Source of the DNA: a virus
Taxonomy: Duplodnaviria > Caudoviricetes
DNA: 64,000 nucleotides
Virus record (IMG/VR): IMGVR_UViG_3300031555_003590
Location: 64,001 to 128,000 of that record
Strand: one strand, 5' to 3'
The notes beneath the pieces are model-generated. The model did not search any database. It was not told where the DNA came from and saw only the letters and a list, made by a program, of their open reading frames with translations. This document shows, piece after piece, positions 21,126 through 29,751 of the stretch. The translations under genes were made by a program, and so were the position numbers. Positions within the stretch are counted from its first letter, which is position 1. Every line of letters begins with the position of its first letter.

Positions 21126-21830
21126 TTATTTATTATCACTTACATCAAACATATCTTTGATAATAGTATCAATATTCTTTTCAATAGCTCTACTGATAGA
21201 ATATGATAACTTCTCATCCATCATTCTCTTAGCACTTTCATGAATCTTATCTCTCATAACTTCGATAATCTCATCAGGATGTTCTTCAATATATTTTCCT
21301 GCAATTTGTTCAAGCCTCCATTGAATAGCTCTGCCAAAACATTTTTCATCTTCATCATTAGATGCAGGTAGATCCATATTAATTACTTTCTTGAAAATAT
21401 TGAGGAAATCTTCACGATATTTATCTACAAATTCATCAACATATTTATTGGCAATTGCAGTGAGAACTTGTTGATGAATATTACCACAACCTATATTCTT
21501 TCGGCTATTAAATATATCATCTAAATATATATTAACCTTTTTATCATAAACAGATTTTGCAACATTTCTCATCTCATTTACAGAGAGATAGTTGGTAATA
21601 TCGAAACGATTTTCAAGATTAATATTACCAGGATTATATTCACTACAATCTTCAGACTGAACTGTGATTCCAAGTTTATTTACAGTATTTTCATCACTAT
21701 CATCAATCTCCATGACATAATCAACAAGACCATAGGGAAGATGTTTTACTTCCTTAATTTCTGCCGTCCAACCTCTCCATTTACCTCTTGTAATAAGAAG
21801 TCTATTTCCAACTTCTGTTATTGCTGCCAT
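21126..21830 (-). CDS. Hypothetical protein with KOW-like N-terminus
   Basis: GNRLLITRGKWRGWTAEI; start moved to ATG 21830 (GGAGG). Confidence 0.7.
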   Translation of the reverse strand: MAAITEVGNRLLITRGKWRGWTAEIKEVKHLPYGLVDYVMEIDDSDENTVNKLGITVQSEDCSEYNPGNINLENRFDITNYLSVNEMRNVAKSVYDKKVNIYLDDIFNSRKNIGCGNIHQQVLTAIANKYVDEFVDKYREDFLNIFKKVINMDLPASNDEDEKCFGRAIQWRLEQIAGKYIEEHPDEIIEVMRDKIHESAKRMMDEKLSYSISRAIEKNIDTIIKDMFDVSDNK

Positions 21831-21865
21831 AATTATAACCTCCAACTATTTTCAAATTTAATAAT

Positions 21866-22099
21866 TTAATCCTCTAATTTAACAGGTATTTTTTTAAATG
21901 AATTATTATAGCCTGGAATAGGTTCTTCTGTTACTGCTTCAAATATCCTTAAGTATGGGCATTCAAAATCTTTTTCTCCAATTTTACATTCAAAATATAA
22001 ATCATCTGTAAGTCTGCATGTAGGAATATAAGTTTCTTTAATTGTATTCATTGGACATTCATTTGGATCTTTTGGTAATTCATCTACAATAAATTTCAT
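21866..22099 (-). CDS. Small Cys-containing hypothetical protein
   Basis: AGGAG RBS; four Cys. Confidence 0.75.
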   Translation of the reverse strand: MKFIVDELPKDPNECPMNTIKETYIPTCRLTDDLYFECKIGEKDFECPYLRIFEAVTEEPIPGYNNSFKKIPVKLED

Positions 22100-22112
22100 A
22101 AGATTACTCCTT

Positions 22113-22499
22113 TTAATAATTCCATACTAATAATGCTTCAATTTTAGTTTTAGGAAATCTAGTATTTTCTGGAAATGCAATATATGAACATTTAGAACAT
22201 TTATAAAGATAATAATCACTAATATCATTTTCATTAATTATAACTATATTACCTTCATTATCATATCGAATAATATTTGGATTACTAGCCCCACATTTAG
22301 GACATTTCATAGGATTATTATTCCAAGCAATATCAATATCAACATCATCAATTTCTTTATTTAACCATTCTAAAAAATCACTAGCATTATTATTTAACAA
22401 TTTTCCATTTGCATATAAAACATATTGTTTTAATCGTTCATACACATATGTGAATTCTTCTGGTGTTTTACACTGCATCATTCTTTCAAAATTTGTCAT
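22113..22499 (-). CDS. Zinc-ribbon protein
   Basis: CPKC...CSKC; AAGGAG RBS. Confidence 0.75.
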   Translation of the reverse strand: MTNFERMMQCKTPEEFTYVYERLKQYVLYANGKLLNNNASDFLEWLNKEIDDVDIDIAWNNNPMKCPKCGASNPNIIRYDNEGNIVIINENDISDYYLYKCSKCSYIAFPENTRFPKTKIEALLVWNY

Positions 22500-22583
22500 A
22501 ATTATTCTCCTTCTTTTTTATTTAAATTTTAAATGGAACGACATAATATAATTTCAAGTATTTAATAAAGGAGGTATGATTAA

Positions 22584-23765
22584 ATGAATCTTACAAATGA
22601 CCAATATATAGCCTTATCTAAACTCGAAAAATGGTATCGTAAATATAACCATCAGATCATAGAAATTTCTGCAATTATTGGTACTGGAGTATGGGACGTC
22701 ATTCAAAAGTTTATTGATGATGAAGAATTAGATCCTAGAGAAGTTATGTATTTAGATTTTAATCAAAGACATATATTAGAGTTAGCATATAAAAGATACC
22801 ATGCATACTATATCAATGGTATAATATATAATTATAATAGAATAGTAGATTTTAATACATTGCCAGTAATCAATTCACGTTCTACTATGATGGAGTATGA
22901 ATGGAAAAAATCAGTAAAAAAGAAAATTGATAAAAGATATAAGTTAATGGTAGTATTTGATTCAGTATTATTAAATGAATCAACATTAAAGGATCTTAGT
23001 TCATTTGGGTTGCCAATGATACTAATAAGAGATCCGATGCTGCTACCAGCACCGGACTCTTATGTATATTTACGTGATTCAAATATTATATTAAGAGAAC
23101 CTCATCCAAATTATATTAAAAATCCAATTGTTTATTTTGCTCATAAATTGATTATTGGAGATAAATTAATTCCTGGTAACTATGATAATGTTAGTATTGT
23201 TCAACGAAAACAAATGAATCTTTATAATTTAAAATCTTCTGATATGAATATTACTATGACTCAGGAATTAAGAAATGAAATTAACAAAATATATCGTGAT
23301 CGAATCATGAAACGAAAAGATATGATTAATGTTGTTAATGAACGATTAATTGTTATGAAAGATATGTATGCACATAAATTAGTTAATCAAGATGAAAAGA
23401 AAATAAAAATATATTTACAGAAAGGTGTTATTGGTCATATTACTAAAATTAATCATCATGTAGAATCAACCAAATATGTTCCAATAGAATTTAGACCTGA
23501 ATTCTATCATGAATCATTTGATGATTTGGTTCTTGATCGACATTACCTAAATGGAATTGAATATCCTTCAAAACAAATTATTCCAGATGAGTTTGTTCAA
23601 ATGGAATATGCATATGCATTAACTCCATCTTTAGCAAGACTTAGTCATTGGGATAAAGTTACAGTAATATTAGATCCTAATATTGAATTAGATTATGAAT
23701 TACAACAGTTAATGATATATACTGCAATTACTAGAGCAAAACAATCATTAACAATTGTAATTTAG
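22584..23765 (+). CDS. Dda/RecD-like SF1 helicase homologue with degenerate ATPase motifs
   Basis: LTNDQ, DPMLLP, C-terminal YAYALT...YTAITRAK; Walker A reads IGTGVW, Walker B reads VVFDS. Confidence 0.75.
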   Translation: MNLTNDQYIALSKLEKWYRKYNHQIIEISAIIGTGVWDVIQKFIDDEELDPREVMYLDFNQRHILELAYKRYHAYYINGIIYNYNRIVDFNTLPVINSRSTMMEYEWKKSVKKKIDKRYKLMVVFDSVLLNESTLKDLSSFGLPMILIRDPMLLPAPDSYVYLRDSNIILREPHPNYIKNPIVYFAHKLIIGDKLIPGNYDNVSIVQRKQMNLYNLKSSDMNITMTQELRNEINKIYRDRIMKRKDMINVVNERLIVMKDMYAHKLVNQDEKKIKIYLQKGVIGHITKINHHVESTKYVPIEFRPEFYHESFDDLVLDRHYLNGIEYPSKQIIPDEFVQMEYAYALTPSLARLSHWDKVTVILDPNIELDYELQQLMIYTAITRAKQSLTIVI

Positions 23766-25051
23766 ACAGAACATTTTTTCAATACAATTCTGCTAGAAAC
23801 ACTCATATATCCTTCTGATTCAATTTTAAAACAATGATATCCATATGCAATACGATATTTGTATTGACCAAATCGTTGCTGTTTTAATTGTTCTTCAAAT
23901 ACTACATAAAATGTTTTATTTGGAGTAAATGATTTAATATCAAAATTTTCTCCATTAATATATAAAATACATTCATTTTCTTCCATACGTGCCTTAATAA
24001 TATCAGTATTAAATTTATTATCATCTTTACGAGTATATACAATAGTTTCATTACGTTGATTAACATAAGATTGATCAGCATCTTGTATATTAATAGTAAT
24101 ATCATCTGTTATTACTACTTTAGCTTCACTTCCTAGAGACTCATTATTTGTTTCAGTAAACTTTTGTGGATTAATATCCATCTCACTTAATGAAACATAA
24201 TTAATTAATTCTCCTTCTTTACGTAGCATTCCATTTCCAGGAATACTACCATCAAGACTGCTAATAAGAAAAGTTGTTTCTATCCATTCATTTTCTCGTT
24301 TAGCAGTTACTTTATCACCTGCACTATTTAATATGTAAAAAGTATCAACATCATAAAATATTAAAGCACCTTTTTTATATAATCCATAATACTGATCTAA
24401 ATATATTAATGCTTTATATGCAGGATAAGCAGGTATCAATAATTCTGTATATATTTCATCATTTTCACATCTACTCATTAATACATTTGAATGTTTAGTT
24501 TCAGTTAATAATCTACCAATACATTGTTGAATAGTATTTTGAGTAAAAACTTCGTTGTAAACTTTATTTGATGCATCCAATAATTTTTTATTAAATAAAT
24601 ATAATGAAATTATGTTTTGTGATTCATAATAACTTTCTGACTCAATATCATTCAATGCAAAATCAATACCTTCATTTCTAGCAATTCGTTCTTCCATGGC
24701 TTTAACGTCAGTAGCATCGTCTTCATCATTTAAATATACTGATAATTCTTCATTCCAAATGGATTCTAAAGCAGTAATGAAAATTTCAGTATCAACATCC
24801 ATACCAATTCTACTAAATTCAAATTTACATGTAATATTCTTTTTATTTTTTAATATCCATAATTTTTTACGAATATCTAATCGCAGTACAACTTTTAATA
24901 TTGCACGTAAATTGAATTCATAATCAGTTAAATACTCTATTGTTAAAATATTACTTGGATCCATTTGAAGATTTTGATCTTCTACCATTAAAATCAAATT
25001 ACTAACTTGATATTTACATAAATATCTTCTGGTATTAGTATCATCAATCAT
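23762..25051 (-). CDS. Hypothetical protein, possibly tail/baseplate
   Basis: 429-aa ORF, AAGGAGGT RBS; function inferred from context only. Confidence 0.6.
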   Translation of the reverse strand: MIDDTNTRRYLCKYQVSNLILMVEDQNLQMDPSNILTIEYLTDYEFNLRAILKVVLRLDIRKKLWILKNKKNITCKFEFSRIGMDVDTEIFITALESIWNEELSVYLNDEDDATDVKAMEERIARNEGIDFALNDIESESYYESQNIISLYLFNKKLLDASNKVYNEVFTQNTIQQCIGRLLTETKHSNVLMSRCENDEIYTELLIPAYPAYKALIYLDQYYGLYKKGALIFYDVDTFYILNSAGDKVTAKRENEWIETTFLISSLDGSIPGNGMLRKEGELINYVSLSEMDINPQKFTETNNESLGSEAKVVITDDITINIQDADQSYVNQRNETIVYTRKDDNKFNTDIIKARMEENECILYINGENFDIKSFTPNKTFYVVFEEQLKQQRFGQYKYRIAYGYHCFKIESEGYMSVSSRIVLKKCSV

Positions 25052-25116
25052 GATTTTAAATACCTCCTTTTAAGTGTAAATTTAATTATTAAGTATAGAG
25101 AAAGGAATGATAAATA

Positions 25117-26073
25117 ATGGCTAAGCGTTTTATAAAACTTAAAGACAGAGTTTCAATTAGAGAAAAACAACCTGTTGGTGGTTTACGAGGAGAAATAATT
25201 TTTGGTACTGGTAAAAAAGAAATTCCATTTACTGATCCTTTTGGAAATCTATCTTATCGTACTGAATTTGAAAATGTTATATATAAGGATCATAATATTA
25301 TTCCAATTGGTGGTTATCAATTTGCATTTAGTAAATTATTTAATATTGGAATGGATAAAGAAACTACTCTTCGTGTAGGTAATTTAAATGATGAAGCACC
25401 TCAAATGAAGATTGGTGTACAAAGAGCTGAATATAATTCTATTTATTATGATGCAGAAGCTAGTATTAGTAATGGTTCAATGAAAATCAATTCTGGTGTT
25501 AATATTTCTGCTCTTAACTATATTTTTGGTTTTATGATTGGTGATGGTGGAGCTCGTGAAGATAACATGACTGCTATTGCACCTGATTACAAGAGACGTA
25601 GTTTATATAGAGCTATTCCATTTAGAATGTCTAATGATGGTTCAGAAATTCCTGCAGGTAAATATTATGGTAAATCAACTTCTATTCAAGGTGTTGGTGC
25701 AGGTGAATCAATTACTTCTTATTATGTAAAGAAGTTCGATAATCCAGCTCCAAGAATTGTACATTCTTGGGTAACTGATAATCCTAATGAATTAACAGTT
25801 GTTGATGATACTGTGTTTGCTTCAACTTCTTCTATGGCTATTGAATCATATGTAGAAATGAATCTCTCTATTTCTAAATATGATGCTAGAGGATTTTTTA
25901 CTACAACTGATGCAAGTCCTCGTGTAAATGAATTTGGCCTTGTAAGTGGATGGTATAATTCAGATAAAGATGATTTTGAATCTCTTCTACTTGTATCACA
26001 TTTTACTAGACCTAGTATTACACTTGCTCAAGATGATAGTATAGAAGCTATTTATAGATTATATGCTAGATAA
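25117..26073 (+). CDS. Putative baseplate/tail structural protein
   Basis: HNII near N-terminus and NEFGL...IYRLY C-terminus typical of baseplate/fibre-attachment proteins. Confidence 0.55.
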   Translation: MAKRFIKLKDRVSIREKQPVGGLRGEIIFGTGKKEIPFTDPFGNLSYRTEFENVIYKDHNIIPIGGYQFAFSKLFNIGMDKETTLRVGNLNDEAPQMKIGVQRAEYNSIYYDAEASISNGSMKINSGVNISALNYIFGFMIGDGGAREDNMTAIAPDYKRRSLYRAIPFRMSNDGSEIPAGKYYGKSTSIQGVGAGESITSYYVKKFDNPAPRIVHSWVTDNPNELTVVDDTVFASTSSMAIESYVEMNLSISKYDARGFFTTTDASPRVNEFGLVSGWYNSDKDDFESLLLVSHFTRPSITLAQDDSIEAIYRLYAR

Positions 26074-26080
26074 TATTAAT

Positions 26081-26113
26081 ATAGACATCAGGGAATTTAT
26101 CCCTGATGTCTAT
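26081..26113. terminator. Intrinsic terminator
   Basis: ATAGACATCAGGGA/TCCCTGATGTCTAT. Confidence 0.85.
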
Positions 26114-26186
26114 TTATTTATTGCTACATTTCAATAAGGGAAAAGTTGCGATTTTTATAAAAATATAAAACAAAGGAGTGTAGAAA

Positions 26187-26783
26187 ATGAATAATCAACG
26201 AAAAGTCTCGTTGTTTAAAATCGAGACTATTATTATTTTTGCAATTGCAGCTTGCATGATTTTCCTTAATGTATTCACTACTAGTAAACTATCTGAATTA
26301 GAATTAGTTGGTACAGAAGCAATGTTTATTAAGGATGGATTAACATATCCAGAAAGTGAACAACTTGGGGAAGAAATTGTAAAATATCGCCCAGATTCAT
26401 GTAAAATGATTGAAATGTATGATGATAATTTTGAATTGTTATTTTCCCTTCAATTTGATGAAAATTATCCAATTCATAATGATAATATTAATAATCATCC
26501 AGAACTTCTTGAACTTTTAACTACTACAAAAGAAGGACAAACAACAATTGAAATTGGAGATTATACTGAAAATGTTTATTTTCAATGGGTTACTAATGAC
26601 AGAAATGAACAAAGACTAGTAATTGTATATAGTACTAAAGAAATTATTGAAAATATTTGGATCTTTTCATTTGTATGTTATTTAGTAATTATATTAATTT
26701 TTGTTTTGTTAATTATATTACATACAAAAGAATATAAAGAAAAGATTAAGCAGTATAAACAAACTACTGCTAGTAGAATCTAA
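26187..26783 (+). CDS. Two-TM membrane protein with Cache/PDC-like extracytoplasmic domain
   Basis: TM, ~125-aa domain (IEMYD...EG...VYFQWV...LVIVY), TM, short tail. Confidence 0.6.
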   Translation: MNNQRKVSLFKIETIIIFAIAACMIFLNVFTTSKLSELELVGTEAMFIKDGLTYPESEQLGEEIVKYRPDSCKMIEMYDDNFELLFSLQFDENYPIHNDNINNHPELLELLTTTKEGQTTIEIGDYTENVYFQWVTNDRNEQRLVIVYSTKEIIENIWIFSFVCYLVIILIFVLLIILHTKEYKEKIKQYKQTTASRI

Positions 26784-26812
26784 ATATATAGAAAAGGATG
26801 TGATGTTATAAT

Positions 26813-27439
26813 ATGAAAGGTAAGAAGCCTGGAAAGTTAGGCTGGGTTCGTTATGAAATCATTTTAATGATTTTATTAATAGGATGCATTTCTTATTGTG
26901 TAACATATGAATCAATAAGAACTCATGATAATGCGATCAGTATAACTGAACTAGGTACAATATCAATTCTTCATGAGGAAGATGTAATTAATACATATAG
27001 GGAACAAGGTAGACCAATTATTGATTTCCATCATGATGCATGTCAATTTATTACTGTATATAATTCAGATGAATCACTAAAATCAATTGTTATGCTTAGT
27101 GATGTAGAACCTCTATATGATCAAATTAATAATACTAGAGATTGGTGGCCAATTTTTAATAGTAGTGAAAGTGGTAAAATAGATATGTCTAACGAGGGTG
27201 TTGATATAACCATTCACTATCAATGGGTTAAATTTGATAATGATACCAAATTTCTAGTTGTATATAATATTAACGATACGGCTGATTTTATATTTAATTC
27301 TTTTACGGCTGTAAGTTATATTACTTTAATATTATCATTTATTTTATTAATAAATAGCATATATTGGAGATATCATGGTATTTCCAGTAGATATAAACAA
27401 GTCAACGCAGAAATGAAAGAGATTATTCGTAATCAATAA
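26813..27439 (+). CDS. Paralogous two-TM Cache/PDC-like membrane protein
   Basis: Same topology; CQFITVYN...SG...IHYQWV...LVVY aligns with the upstream gene. Confidence 0.6.
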   Translation: MKGKKPGKLGWVRYEIILMILLIGCISYCVTYESIRTHDNAISITELGTISILHEEDVINTYREQGRPIIDFHHDACQFITVYNSDESLKSIVMLSDVEPLYDQINNTRDWWPIFNSSESGKIDMSNEGVDITIHYQWVKFDNDTKFLVVYNINDTADFIFNSFTAVSYITLILSFILLINSIYWRYHGISSRYKQVNAEMKEIIRNQ

Positions 27440-27484
27440 TTCTCTATTCACCAAATTTTATAAATGAAAGGAGGATGATGCGTT

Positions 27485-27904
27485 GTGGATCAATATCTAT
27501 CTACTGTTATTATTGCACTAATAACTGGTATATTTTCAGTTATTACATTAATTATTCAAAAGAAACAAGATAAAGTTATTGGTAAAATTGATGAGCAAAC
27601 TTCACTAATTGATCGTGAGAAAAAATTAAAACAAAGACTAGCTTCAAAAGAAAAAGAAAGAGAAATGTTAATTCAAGAAATGATGATTTTAATTCTTGAT
27701 ACTAACATTCATATTCTAAAAAATACTAATATTATTTCTGAAAAAGATTTAATAGATGAAGTATATAAGACCACTGATGAATTGAAGAAAAAATTTAAAG
27801 CAATTAGTGAAGAAATTGAAGAAATTAATAATGAATATAATATCGTCTTAGATATTTCTAATAATATACAAGAAGATTTTAAAAGAAATAATTCAAAAAA
27901 ATAA
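27485..27904 (+). CDS. Single-TM coiled-coil protein, holin-like
   Basis: GTG start with AGGAGG; STVIIALITGIFSVITLII then coiled coil. Confidence 0.55.
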   Translation: MDQYLSTVIIALITGIFSVITLIIQKKQDKVIGKIDEQTSLIDREKKLKQRLASKEKEREMLIQEMMILILDTNIHILKNTNIISEKDLIDEVYKTTDELKKKFKAISEEIEEINNEYNIVLDISNNIQEDFKRNNSKK

Positions 27905-27908
27905 ATAA

Positions 27909-27942
27909 AATATGAGTCCAGGGAATTCCCTGGACTCATATT
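27909..27942. terminator. Intrinsic terminator
   Basis: AATATGAGTCCAGGGA/TCCCTGGACTCATATT. Confidence 0.85.
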
Positions 27943-28090
27943 ATTTTTAATGATATATTATGACAGTGAAATGTAAGGTGCATTATATAAATTCTGTATA
28001 ATATTAAAAATATATGCAATATATACTGAATTTGTAAAGATGTTCCCTTATATGGAAATCTATTTTATAATCTTAAGGAGGAAACAAGAA

Positions 28091-28657
28091 ATGAAAACTG
28101 TAAAAGACACTCTAGGTAAGATCAAGGGAGAAGGTAAGCTGAATGATGTTATGACTGGTAAGGGTGCATTCAGTAAGGCTGGTTTTGCTGATACTGTTAA
28201 TGCTCTTGCCAATGATACCACTTTCAAGATTAAGACCTTCGGTAAGGATGGTAAAGTTAGTGGTGAAGTTAGTATTAGTGAACTAATCCGCAATGACATG
28301 AAGAAGACTCTTGCTAATGCTAAGTATCCTCAGAAGTCCGAAGCTGCTGTTCTAGATACTAGTGATATTTGCACTGCTGGTCTTTCTGAAGCTATTCCTT
28401 ATATTGTTATGGAGCAGCTTAAGTGTGGTAAGAAGTTTGACCTTCCTGCACAGGCTAATGTTACTGGTAGTATCTATCTTACTGATGTTCCTGGAAAGGT
28501 TAAGACTGTTCAGGTCCGTGATCCTAAGACTCAGGAAAATCTTGGTACTGCTACTATCACATATAAGGATAGTGTTCAGGTTCGTGCTAAGTCTCCTGTG
28601 CCTAAGCATCTTCAGACTAAGGTCCGTAAGGATAAGAATGGTAACATTGTAAAGTAA
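28091..28657 (+). CDS. Basic putative DNA-binding protein with HU/IHF-like arm
   Basis: Lys-rich; VRDPKTQE resembles the HU arm RNPKTGE; AAG/GGT/ACT-biased codons suggest high expression; start 28091 (AGGAGG). Confidence 0.55.
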   Translation: MKTVKDTLGKIKGEGKLNDVMTGKGAFSKAGFADTVNALANDTTFKIKTFGKDGKVSGEVSISELIRNDMKKTLANAKYPQKSEAAVLDTSDICTAGLSEAIPYIVMEQLKCGKKFDLPAQANVTGSIYLTDVPGKVKTVQVRDPKTQENLGTATITYKDSVQVRAKSPVPKHLQTKVRKDKNGNIVK

Positions 28658-28696
28658 AAGTTACTTAATACTCATAGTTAAATATATTTAACAAGG

Positions 28697-28957
28697 ATGT
28701 GTTTAACTATGATTCTATCAGTTGATAAAAATCAACTAGCAAACTATTTTCCATATCCACCTTGGAAAGTAGTTGAAACTCGCGGAACTAGAGAAGGTCT
28801 TATTCTTAAATTTAGAACATTCTATCTAAAAATTTATGATAGTAAAGAAGAAAATTCTTATACTGTAGAAATGTATAGATACGGATGGAATCAACCTTTT
28901 CAAATTGATAAAGTTGATTCAAATAAATTTAGAGAATATGCAGCTCAGTTTTGCTAG
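28697..28957 (+). CDS. Hypothetical protein
   Basis: ORF followed by terminator 28970-29003; true start may be slightly downstream. Confidence 0.7.
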   Translation: MCLTMILSVDKNQLANYFPYPPWKVVETRGTREGLILKFRTFYLKIYDSKEENSYTVEMYRYGWNQPFQIDKVDSNKFREYAAQFC

Positions 28958-29032
28958 TTAATGTAATTGATAATGGGTGAGGAAATATTTCCTCACCCAT
29001 TATTTTTATTCTTCTATATTAGGAGAAATATT

Positions 29033-29194
29033 ATGAATATTGAAAATGAATATCCATATGATAGGAATTTGAAATTTCATTGTCATCATAGAAATGGTAA
29101 ACTAGTTATACTTGATTATTGTGAAATATATTGTAAAAGAAATAATAAGTGTGATATCTATATAACAATGCTAAATGAAATTAATAAAAAATAA
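29033..29194 (+). CDS. Small Cys/His-rich protein
   Basis: AGGAG RBS before ATG 29033; the track start overlaps a terminator. Confidence 0.6.
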   Translation: MNIENEYPYDRNLKFHCHHRNGKLVILDYCEIYCKRNNKCDIYITMLNEINKK

Positions 29195-29231
29195 TAGAGA
29201 GGGAATTTAACCCTCCCTATTATTTTTCCAT

Positions 29232-29606
29232 TCAATCATCAATATCAATAAGAGGACAAGTTGAGCAATCATCTAGTTCTTCTACTTTATTTTTATTAGA
29301 TGATCCTTTTAATAGAAGAGCTGCACAAATAATACCAATTGTAGCAAGAGTGATATTGCGTTGTTTAACACGATTCTTATAAACCCTATCAAGAATTTCT
29401 ACCATAGTCTTATTATCACAATCAATAAATAAATTCTTGGGAATATTGATCTGACCTGCTTCAGGTGTAGCTCCTTCAGGAGTAGGATAATTAATAGCAA
29501 ATTTAACCTTTTCAAAATTCTTACGACTAGGTACGATTCCTTTACTTACATAATCAACAATGTCATTTCTACTCTCAAAAGCAATCTGTTCGGGCTTAAC
29601 AATCAT
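29232..29606 (-). CDS. Hypothetical protein with C-terminal TM helix
   Basis: ITLATIGIICAALLL; promoter motif at 29664-29673. Confidence 0.75.
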   Translation of the reverse strand: MIVKPEQIAFESRNDIVDYVSKGIVPSRKNFEKVKFAINYPTPEGATPEAGQINIPKNLFIDCDNKTMVEILDRVYKNRVKQRNITLATIGIICAALLLKGSSNKNKVEELDDCSTCPLIDIDD

Positions 29607-29751
29607 TTACTATACATCCTTTCATTAATAAAATTGCATCACTATTTTATATATGCTACAATCATAATATATAATTATTTTACGCAATATATTACGAACG
29701 AAATGTATAATGATAATTAAAACAATTTATATGTAAAGGAGGTATAGATTA

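Noticed and set aside
28060-28652. Several overlapping alternative-frame and antisense ORFs (also 987, 7308, 8339, 10382, 11249, 12508, 15011, 15294, 17164, 19703 and similar)
   Set aside because: Shadows of real genes caused by codon bias; no RBS or recognisable motifs
21093-29003. Near-identical hairpins ATGGGTGAGGAA at 21093 and 28970 as a mobile repeat
   Set aside because: Both sit directly after stop codons like the other terminators; no target duplication or transposase
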